This document shows, in pieces, positions 40,737 through 51,600 of a DNA stretch of 64,000 nucleotides (its first letter is position 1; the number at the start of each line of letters is the position of its first letter). This DNA comes from Candidatus Omnitrophota bacterium (GTDB lineage Bacteria; Omnitrophota; Omnitrophia; Omnitrophales; Aquincolibacteriaceae): NCBI GenBank assembly GCA_022711115.1, contig JAKLFP010000006.1, forward strand, positions 19,699-83,698, written 5' to 3'. The notes under the pieces are model-generated. The model worked only from the letters and a program-made list of their open reading frames with translations. It searched no databases and had not been told where the DNA came from. The position numbers were made by a program, and so were the translations under genes.

Positions 40737-42538
40737 GAATGCCCCCGCTTCACAGGCTCACCTAAAAAAAGTTTTATGAGATCCATCCTATTCAGTTTTT
40801 TCAGAGTTTCAAGAATAAGTCCTCTGTTCTTGGGCTGTTTGTGCTGGATTAACGCCCGGTGCAACTGGCGATTTCTGTAATCCTTGATGACAGGAACCGG
40901 CTTCCCGTCAAAAGGATTTTTGCCTGTGTGATACATGCAAGACGAAACGGTCATCGGTAAAGGAATAAAGTCCTGGACCTGTTCCGGCTGCATATGCTTT
41001 TGGGCAAGGTATTTGGCCAGTTCCAACGTATCGTTAAGGGTGCAGCCTGGATGTGAGCTAATGAAGTAATTCACAAGATACTGGTCTTTGCCAATTTTCT
41101 GGTTGATCGTTTTAAAACGCGCGGCAAATTGCTCATAAACCTTAAAAGGCGGTTTGTTCATGGCTGCAAGCACCGCATCGGATCCATGTTCCGGCGCGAC
41201 CTTCAACTGACCGCTCACATGATTCTCGCAAAGCGCTTCGAGATATTCGTCGGATTCCTTGCTGATAAGCAAGTCATATCGCAAGCCGCTTTGGATAAAA
41301 AGATGCTTCACTTTCGGAATCGCCATGACTTCTTTCCAAAGCTCCATGGACTTGGAATAACCAAGCTTCAAGTTGTGGCATTTCGTAGGCATCATACATT
41401 GTTTGTTCTTGCATGCCCCTGACATTTCCCACTGTTCGCAATCCGCCCCATAGAGATTGGCCGTCGGCCCGCCGATATCCGTAATCGTTCCTTTGAATTC
41501 TTTCCTGCCAGCCAGCAATTTCACTTCATTTAAGATGGATTCCTTGCTCCGGCTCTGGATCATCCGCCCCTGATGCGCGAACAAGGAACAAAAACTGCAT
41601 TCGCCGGCGCATCCGCGGTGAGCAGTGATTGAAAAACGGACCGTTTCAAAACCCGGAACTCCTCCGGCCTTATCATAGATAGAATGCCATTCCCTCGTAA
41701 AAGGTAGTCCGTAAATATGATCGAGTTCTGAAGTGATAAGCGGCAGAGGCGGCGGCTGTTGAATCACAAACCGATCGCCATGTTTTTGGACTACCGGTTT
41801 TCCTCGAACAGGGTCCCCTTCTCCATAAGCTAATTTGAAAGCTTCGTTGAATTTATCCTTATCGGTCCGGACCTCTTCAAACGAAGGGATCTTTACCGCA
41901 TCTTCAAAACCTTTCAAATCGGACCGAAGAATCGTCGTCCCGCGGATTTGATTCAAAGATTTGACGTCTTCCCCATCACGTAAACGCCTGGCAATTTCGA
42001 GGATCTGTTTTTCACCCATACCATAGACGAGAATATCCGCTTTGGCATCCACTAAAAGCGACCGACGGACATCTTCTGCCCAATAATCATAATGAGCAAA
42101 ACGGCGAAGGCTCGCCTCGATCCCGCCCAGCACTACCGGCACTCCCGGAAAAATTTCTTTGACCTTATTCGTATACACAAGCGTCGCGCGGTTCGGCCGC
42201 AGATCCGGTTTTCCACCCGGCGAATAGTCATCGGTCCGGCGCGGTTTTTTACTCGCCGTGTAGTTGCTGACCATGGAATCAAGATTGCCGGCTGTGATCC
42301 CGAAAAAAAGCCGCGGCCGGCCAAGCTTGTGAAAATCCGCGTCACTTTTCCAATCTGGCTGGGCAATGATGCCGACTTTGTATCCCGCATCTTCCAAAAC
42401 CCTGCCAATGATCGCCGCGCCATAGGACGGATGGTCGACATACGCGTCGCCGGTGATGAGGATCACGTCACAGGCTTCCCATCCGCGTTCTTTCATATCT
42501 TGTCTGGAAACAGGAAAAAATTTTGAGTGATCTTTCAT
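40733..42538 (-). CDS. YgiQ-family radical SAM protein
   Basis: 601 aa. The N-terminal ILITGDAYVDHPSYG domain and the CAGECSFC radical-SAM cluster match the UPF0313/YgiQ family. Confidence 0.85.
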   Translation of the reverse strand: MKDHSKFFPVSRQDMKERGWEACDVILITGDAYVDHPSYGAAIIGRVLEDAGYKVGIIAQPDWKSDADFHKLGRPRLFFGITAGNLDSMVSNYTASKKPRRTDDYSPGGKPDLRPNRATLVYTNKVKEIFPGVPVVLGGIEASLRRFAHYDYWAEDVRRSLLVDAKADILVYGMGEKQILEIARRLRDGEDVKSLNQIRGTTILRSDLKGFEDAVKIPSFEEVRTDKDKFNEAFKLAYGEGDPVRGKPVVQKHGDRFVIQQPPPLPLITSELDHIYGLPFTREWHSIYDKAGGVPGFETVRFSITAHRGCAGECSFCSLFAHQGRMIQSRSKESILNEVKLLAGRKEFKGTITDIGGPTANLYGADCEQWEMSGACKNKQCMMPTKCHNLKLGYSKSMELWKEVMAIPKVKHLFIQSGLRYDLLISKESDEYLEALCENHVSGQLKVAPEHGSDAVLAAMNKPPFKVYEQFAARFKTINQKIGKDQYLVNYFISSHPGCTLNDTLELAKYLAQKHMQPEQVQDFIPLPMTVSSCMYHTGKNPFDGKPVPVIKDYRNRQLHRALIQHKQPKNRGLILETLKKLNRMDLIKLFLGEPVKRGHS

Positions 42539-42547
42539 GATGGGATT

Positions 42548-42612
42548 ATAACCTTCTTAAAGCTTATAGCCTATAGCCAATAGCTTTTAACTAGAGTCTA
42601 TAAGCTATGAGC
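42548..42612. terminator. inverted-repeat/short-repeat element between giant gene stop and ygiQ start (possible terminator or attenuator)
   Basis: AAGCTTATAG ... CTATAAGCT inverted arms, plus reiterated TATAGCC/AATAGCT/ATGAGCT heptamers. Confidence 0.25.
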
Positions 42613-42623
42613 TACAGTCTGTT

Positions 42624-45600
42624 TTATGCGGCTTGTTCGATGACTTTTCGAGTTTCAGCGGCAATGCTGATATTTTCAATGAATGCGAGAATGCCACTCA
42701 CAGGCTGGATGCCTTGCGGTATTTGTTTTCTTTCAAGGATCGTGTTTAGGGCACCAAGCAAGGCAAAGGCTTTTTGTCTTTCATCAACATCGTGATAAAC
42801 CAAAAGAGTACGGTCGGCATGTCCGGATTTAGAAACAACCGGTGCAAGACTCTCCAGATTGGCTGTCCCGCTTGAACTCATATCGTAAACAAGAGCGCGT
42901 TCTGTTGTTTTCTGAATAAATCCCGCGATCTCTGTTTTCTCAGATATGACGACAAGGTTCACCCCCCGACCCATCACCCCTTTTGCGTCACGCATTTTCA
43001 TGATCTTTTTGATCAATGCCTGTTGAAATCTCGTCAGCTCTGTTTGCGCGGCATGGGGCACCACGATCTGCACCGGTGCGAATTTATTCCTGGTCATGAA
43101 CTGCATCAACACCTGCAGTGACGGATCCTCAAGAGACGGAATATTCTTAAAAATGACCGCGATCCTGTCCGCACCGGTTTCCGCTTTTGCTTTATTGGAA
43201 AGCAACGCAAGATAATTCCGTTGCCGAGTCAAATGAGGGATCGCATAAGCGTTGGGTATCAGTTCAGCCAAAACCCTATTCAAGATCTCTTGCCCCATCG
43301 CCAACGCCGAACTCGTCCGAAAGACACCTTCTGCCGCTTTTGTTGCTACTTGTTTTTCAGATTCAGAAACCTGTGTAACGAGCGGCGCGGATACGGCGGC
43401 AGAAGTTTGAGGCTTCTGCACGCCGCTCCGCAACTGCGCTTCGTCGAGAATTTTGTGTGTTGTTCGTATTTCAGAACGTTGCGAGGGAGCGGTAGTGGAA
43501 GCATCTTGCTTCATACCACCAACTCCCTGCGCTTCGTCGAGAATTTGAAAATCCGATCTCTTTCCTATTTTTTTCCGGCCATTGAGCAGATCATGGAGAA
43601 AATGTTTTTCAAGGTTTGCAAGAAAAGCCGCGTGTTTGTCCTGAGAATGCTGCAAATCTTTGAATTTTTGTTCTGCTTCCTGATTTAAAACTTCGAGACG
43701 TTCTTGGGTCCATTCATTTTTGACTGAACCATCAGGATTTAGATAGGGTTTCAGAAATTCTTTTCTATAATCCGGAATGGAGATACCGTAACTCACATCA
43801 AAAACAACGCCGTTTTCTTCCAGGACATTTTGATCCGAAATAAAAAGGATATTCTTATCGCCATCGAGCACCACAGCGTCGCCTTCCTTTAATCGCTGCC
43901 CATTCTTGAAAATGATTCCTTGGTCTTTGCCTGTCAGGTCCCACCGAGAGACTTCGAGATTGATAAGTGATGGAATTCCAGAGAGGCGGGTCAAAACAGC
44001 CTCATGGGAAGAGCTATTTCCATAGCTGGTAATCAATCCTGAATCCGGATAATTGAAAAGAAGCGTCAGCGCTTGTTCCTGATTGCCCGGATGAGAAACA
44101 AAAACAACGGGTTTTTTCTGGGCTATAAGCTGTTCCATTCGATCCCGATTCCATGCGAGTTGCCCCTGCAAAGCGCCAGGGGTCGATGCCAAACCACGCG
44201 TCAGGGGTGTTGCGATAATAGGGTCTTTGACTTTATAAAGTTTTCTCGATCTTAACCGTTCTTGAACTTTTTCGATGCGCGGGATGGCGAGGCGCTCTGA
44301 AATTTTTCCTTTCGTTAATTGCTCACGAAGAAAAGCGATTTCTGCCTGGGGAGAGAAATTCATTTTGCGTGTTTGTGTAAAATACAATTTTCCGCCGCTC
44401 ACGACAAATTCGAATTCCTGAGGGCCGACTGCTTCCTCCAGTTTTTTCCTGGCCTCTAAAAGCTGCTGGAAAATGGCCGGGGCTTCCTGCTCAAGCTCCT
44501 TGATATCACGACCCGCTTCACCACCTGTCATCAACTCATCGCCGGCAGCATTTTCAAGATAACGTCCGAAAAGAATGTCCTGATTGGTATTCGGATCTCT
44601 TGTTGAAATAACGCCTGAAAAATAAAGAAGGAGCTTCCTCTCGTTGCGACGCGGCGAGTTGGGATCACGATGAGGATCTTGCCCACTGACCCACCGCTGA
44701 ATAATCAAAGGTAAATCAAATTTGTCCGGGATCCTTTCCCTCGCTCTGAATTTTTTAGCGGCTTCTGATTCCCATGCCTGGGCTGTTTCCTGGAGTGTCC
44801 CCTTAAAATCATAGCGGACGCGACGGCTGCTTAAGATGCCCGGCATCGACTGCTTGGGATTGCTTCGGATAATCAATGCCTCTTCGCGGGGATAGGACTC
44901 CCACCATTCGGGAAAATGAACCCGGATACCCGCGTGACGCAATTGCTGATCGATAAAAGGAAAATATTTTTTTGCTTCCTCGTTCGGAAGCCCGACCAGT
45001 CGGGCAACAAGATCTTCTGAAAGCACAATGCCCGGAGGATAAGGAAGCCCCAGTTTTTCAAAAACCAAAAAACCTGCTTCTTTGTTGCCCATACCAGGCT
45101 GATAGGGCCCTTTCCCCAGTTGCCTTGTCCCTGCTTTGACTCTTGCTTCGATATCGGAAAATTCGTTTAGGAGGATCCTTCGCATGAGAAGATCCCCTGC
45201 GCGGCAATAAAGCGACATGAGATCGCCGAATTCTTTAGGAACAACCCAATAATCTCTCGCGACTCCGTTCATGTAATGCCGGGTCGGTTCCCAGTTTTCA
45301 ATGCCTCGGTAATACAAGAAGTAAGCATTGGGAATGCCTAATTTTTCTTTAAAAAAGACAAGTCGAGAATCTTCTGTGATCTTCGTCGTTCCTTGTTGAA
45401 GAGTTCCCAGGAATCGCCTGTCATCTTCTAAATCATCCAACCGGGCATCCCATTCAGCAGTTAAAATTTTTACCATCGAGGGCTCTTCGGCTTGCGCCGG
45501 TCGAGGCAGATCCTGCTTTACATTTTGATACACTTCAGCCAGCAATTTTAGATCCAAATCCGGATTAATCTTGATGGCGGCCTGATAAACAGCACGGAAC

Positions 45601-48600
45601 TTTTCATCCGGAACTTCCAGGATGCCAAGAGCTTTTATTTGCTGTTCCAAAGTACCCTTGCGCTTTTCAACCTCTGAACGCATTTCGGATCTTTGTTGAG
45701 GCATTTCGATGCGGAGATCTCGAATTTTACGAAATAACGGCCCATATACAATTTTTTGTGCCACAAAAGCCAAAAACGCCAGCGCTATGCTTCCCTTAAG
45801 GGCAAAGATCCAAGGGTGATTGTCATTAAATAGAATTTTTGAAGCCAAAACAACGGCCAGTCCGGCCCATCCCCCGGCCCAACCGGCTCTTTTTAATATG
45901 TGACGTTTAAGCAATCCCAAAATTTCGTATCGAGCATCATTCAGATTGTCCAGATCCGGCTGAATCAAATCAGCGAAAACCCCTTGTCTTTCCGAGGATA
46001 ACTTGGCTAAGTAGATTTGAATTTGTTCCCAAGAAGTGACGGCTTCTTGAAATTGATCTATGATGGCGGAAAGGCTTGTGTCCTCATCTTCGAAAAAAAC
46101 AGAATCTCTGCCGTCGATTTTGGTTTTTAACGTTCGGACCATCGTTTGAAATTTTTGAAGTTCCCAACGGATTTCACCTTCAGGCATGTCTTCTTCGTCT
46201 AAGTGCCGACGATTCGGGCTTTTCGTCCGCATTTCCGAACGAGGCATAAAATTTATTTTAAATCCGTATGCATTCAAGCGCTCAATGATATTATCTTTCC
46301 CTTTCGCGCCTATGTCATAAAGGTGATTTACCTGTTCCTTGGATAATGCCCGGAGCTCACCGATGGTTCTAATACCATTCCGATGAAGAGCATTGGCATT
46401 GCGCACATCCAATCCGAGAAGCTCAATCTTGTCATTATCGGTCAGATGCTTTTCTCGTTCGCTAAGCCCAGGCAATCCATTGACCGCCAAACGGTTACGA
46501 ATATGCCGCAATGTTTTTGGCGCCGCTTTTCCTAAACGCGAAAGTTTGTCTATGGAAACCGCCAGCAACTCGCTGATCGGCGACATACTGCTTATTCCAA
46601 GCCGAAATAAAACTTTCATGGCCTTAGGATTTAACCGCAAATACCGGACCGGATGTTCCGGTGCGAGGGGCCTTCCGGCTTTATAGATCTCGTAATAGCG
46701 TTCCATTTTCCACAAAGCGTTTCGAAACCGGAACCAAGCGGTTTTTGCCCCGCTGATTCCTTCTTCGCGGGCAAATTGCGCAATGGATAAGGGCGTTTCA
46801 GCCAAAAAGAGCCTCCAGATCATATGTTTTTGCCTATCCGTTAAAATCTCCTGGGATCGCACGGCAAAATTTAAATAATCCAAGCTTCTCAAAAAAGGAT
46901 ATTCTTCTTGAAGGCGAGCTATAAAATTCGTTTCGCGATTTGACGACGATCCCGACCGCATCTCGGCACGGTTTTGTGGAATCTCCGAACCTCTTTGAAG
47001 GGATGAGGCAGAACGGGCTGGAGATGGAATACTTCTATTACCAATGCGCTGATCGCCTTGGTAATAAACCAATGTTTCGCCGGCAATCACCGCAGAAATC
47101 GGGCGGGGCGTGCCCCGGACGGTTGCGCCAACTTGACGTTTTAGCAATTCGTTGGCAGAAACAGAGGTCACAGGCTGCCAATCCCCCGCCTTAAAAATCC
47201 TTTGTTTTTGATTTCTTACTTTATCTTCAACAAAAACTTCCGAGGCAAAAAACTGCTGACAGAGATTCATCACCTCAGGTTCCAGAATGCCCCAAACCAC
47301 CATTGAAAACCGCTGCTCTGCAGCGCGCCGGCTAAGGGCATTCAAAATAGTTTTGGCAATCCCGCGACCGTAATATTGCTTGTAGGAATGATCCTCCTTA
47401 CTGCCTATGGGGTAAAAATTAATAACGGTCAGTCGCCTAAAAAAAGGAAGTGTCATTTCCTTAAAGGTGACTTTTCTTTCGGTGTGAGTCTGGCCTTCAA
47501 TAAAGACTTCCACCTCATAGTATTTTTCAAAAAAATCCACATTCTCTTTTCGCAAAACCAATGTCACATCTTCATGGCCGTAAAGATTTTTCAGTTCAAT
47601 CCTTTCAAATTCTCCCCTCCCGTCCCTGCCGTAAGTATGTCTTTCCCACGTCACTTCAGGATTTTTTCCATCATGTACTTCAACCAACCTTCCGAGCCGG
47701 TCAAAAACATAAATATTTCCCGAGGCTGGATTAAACGGATCCTGGACCTGCCATTTATTACGAGCAAGGCCTGAAATCTTTTTTAAAAGTGTTAAAACAG
47801 AAAAATTACGCAGTTCTGAACGAGCCCGCGGTATTTCCTTCCCGGAAAGAAGAGAGCCAAGTCCCGCCGTATGAATCACTCGTTGCAATTGTCTCGCTCT
47901 TTCTTCAGTTTGATCGGGCAGCCATTCCGCAGCATAAAAAAAGTAAAGCGTACTGACAACAGCGATTATGCTGCTGATGATCGTTCCGAGCACAAACGGC
48001 AGTATTCCGGAAACAACGAAGAACCCGCTCGACACAAAAAGCGGGATAGCAACCGCCATGAGATTCCTCTTTATTTTCTTTTCTGTCTTGATGGAAAGGT
48101 CATTCAATATGCGAACATAACGCTTCGCTAATTCAATGAAACTCGGCGCCCCTTCTCTTGTGTTCGCCATTTGACCCCACGCGAAGAGACCCTCTCCCAA
48201 TTGTTTCCATTTCTCTTCATTGTAATAGTCCCTCGGAAGACGGCGATGTATGTCATTCGCTGTTAAATGCACTCCCCCGCGTTCCTCAACCATACTCAAG
48301 ATTTTATCAATCACGCCCAAGGAGAATATTTCGGTTTTTTTATTTTTAAGCAACCACTGAAGCGCTTCAATGCCCTCTTCTGCAATGATAGCTTGATCTT
48401 GTTTTTGAACGTTTCGCATCTCAGAACGGACTGGTTGAGAGCGTGGGACAAGTCTTAGCTTAGGCCTTTCTTGAAGCTGTTTGTTCCAATCGGAAAATAC
48501 TTCGAAAATTTTGGTTTGGGCTGCTCCATAAAGTTCGCGACGTGCTTTGTTATTTCCGTCCTGCATTGCGCTCATTTGTTCACGATCAAGCGCAAGATCG

Positions 48601-51600
48601 CTGATAACATCCCCCAAAACCTCGGGAGTAAAATCAGTCCCCAATGTCAGAACCGCTCCATGATCCGCATAAGCTTTTACCGCCATGGCGCTGTCGGTTT
48701 CTCGCTTCCCGGAAAGATCATTATTTGTGAAAGCACCGGTAATGACCGGCGCGTAAGATTCGGCGAGATTGTGAGCGGGATTGGTTCCGTTCTGAAGAAG
48801 TGTATTACCGTAGACCGCCAACCTTGCGGCTTTTAAAAGATTGGTCAGTTCCCCTGTCGAATTTAAAACAAGGATCCAGGCATTTTGATTCTTTTGGCTT
48901 GTGGTTTTACGAAGGCGATATGGAATTCCGGCATTTTGCCAGGTTTCTTCGAATTTTTTCTCGTTAAGCAAACTCGGAGCCACAACAATGGGATATTCTT
49001 CGAGATCCAAAAGTTTGTTCTGATAAATGTGTTTGAGAGTCGCCACCACAAAAGGAAGTTCGTCGGCATGGATATTCGCAAAGACAATGGGTGGATTTTT
49101 CAACCCGAATTCTTTAAGGACGGCTTGCGTATCAACCGTCAATATGGCTTCCAGATATTTGGCGGGTTGGTGGGTATGAAGCGTGATCTTTGCAGGAGGA
49201 CTTCGGGAACGAAGGCGAATCCAGGGATGATCCGGAAGAGTATTATCAGCAGTTAAGTAAAACGTGAACGAATTGAGCGGATCATTTTTCTCCTCATCTG
49301 CATTAAAAAACACCACACCTTCTTTATCCTGAAATGCTTTTTTAATAGAAGTTGCATTTTCGTTTCCATGGATGATCTTTATTAAAACGCCAGGCCAATG
49401 CTCGCGAATTATTTCGGTTAACATGCCGGCGGTATTTGAAAATTTTTCCGTGTTCTTCGAAACCCAAATCGACACAAAATCCGGCGTTTTTCCACGCAGC
49501 TCAGAGCGTTTTTGGTCACCCGGCGAAGTCGTAACACGAACCGGCATCCCAAGTTGATCGTGCTGGTAAACAATGAGCGTGACCTTGGCGCCCTGTGTTA
49601 TGGGGCTTGTACCTATCAATTCAAAACCGCCGAAGCCGTCTGACTTCCAAGCTTTCCCTTTGGATTCAATAAGGCCATCTTGAGCCTCGGTGCCGAATAT
49701 CCTGAATCCGTTTCCGTGAATACTGATAATTTCTTTTTTATGTTGAAGCAAAAAAGGAATATCGGAAATACCAGGCCCCGAATCCTTTCCGACCAGTTCA
49801 ATACCGGTTAACCCATCTGAGGTGTTGACCTGACTGATCTCAATCGAACCACCTTGCCCGTGTTTATGGATATTCAAAGCAAGCTCATGGACAAGATTGC
49901 CAAGTCTGTTCTGTTCTGCCATAAAATAATCCCGCTCAGCCGCAATATGCCGAACCTCGGTTTCTATATCCGGCACTTGCAACCGGTCAGGAATATTTTT
50001 ATCGATGATAAATGTCCGGATTTTCTCGCGGGAAACAATTCTAAAAATACCCGTTGGCGCCCGCATTTCGGAACGAATGGACGGCAAAGAATCTTGATCC
50101 CCTGAGAATGGCTCCTGAAAAACGCCCGAAAATGTAGAAAGCGTGATCATTGTTTTACCCTGTTCGCGAATAGAATCCATTTGAACATGGACCGGAAAGT
50201 CTATTTCATAAAACTCCGGCTGAAAACTATCAAAACCTAAATTTTTAAATTGTTTTTTGACTGTTCCGAGCAAAGAAGAGCTCCCGAGATTCAAAACCAC
50301 GATCATGACGTTGGAACTGCCGTTATTTCTGACGCTTGCCTTGAAAACAAGGGCAAAATCATTCCCCGCCTCCAGCAATAGGGCCTTGGTCATGTCGATA
50401 TCAATTTTAGTATCCGCGTTCAACCCATTCACAAACCGGTTCAACGCCATTCTGTCCGGCACATCCAACAGATAACCTTTGTGGATTCCCGCAATAAGCG
50501 GCATTGTCGCCTGATACTCCAAAGTTATAGAGGTGCGCAGTTCCGAGCGGGTTTGTTGCGATTTTTGTTGCCGGTAATAGGTCTTGATCAACACGCGGTA
50601 AAACTGGCGGAAGGCTTCCGCTGTATTCTTATCCTCCGCAGGTCTTAATTTCAGCGTCTCTCTGAAAATGTTTTCGGTCGCATCAAGAGCATCTAAATGT
50701 CTTAAAAAGGACTGTCCGACGTAAGCGATATGAATCACCGTGAATTTGTCACGTAATGAAAGATCCCGAAGAGGGTATCCAGCATCAGCAAATAAGGTCA
50801 GAATCTGCTCAAAAATACGAAGACCATCATCCCCTGCCGCAGCAACAGCTGCCGCCGCGTTAAGAATCCGAATTTTATCTTTAAACTGCATGCCGCTGAG
50901 ACTGTTTTTGCTGATGGCTAATTTTTCTTCTAGAAGCCCCAGTAAGGCTTGGAAAAGAAGGTACCCGGCCTGTCCGTTAATCACGGCTGGATAAACAGCT
51001 CTTAGCAAACGGTTTTTTTCTGTGTCCGTTTTCAAGTCAGGAAATCTTAGCCCGAAAGTAACCGCCAATTCTTCAAGAATTCTCCGAAAAACCTCCAGAT
51101 TTTTCCCTTGATTACCTGCTATGTGATAAGCAGCTCTCAAGAATTGAATGGCCTGTTCTGCATCCGCGACGGGCTTTTCTTTAGACGATAGTGTGAAAAC
51201 TTTATTAATCCATCGGAGGATAATCCTGAAGGCATCGAATCCCGCATCCCCCTCCGAAGCTACTTGACTAGCCGCGGTCGTCATCTGAATCATTTGCGAG
51301 GGAGGCAGATTATGTCTTTCTTCCGAACCAAGATGAAAGTAATCTCCAATAAAGCGAAGCGCCTTCGCGTAACGCTCATATTCTTCTTTGCCATGTTGCG
51401 AAAGACTATGGATCGCGCTAATAAGATCGATTTTTTGAAAAGTTTCGAGCTTTTCCGCAATCCCGTTACCACGTCCCCAATAGTGGACTGTGAATGCTAA
51501 TATGTCTCGAAAAACAGTGAAACCTTCTTCTCTGCCTTGGGTTACTACAGAAGCTGCTATAATCAGTTTCATTTTCTGTTTTACTTCCATGCGACGAACA

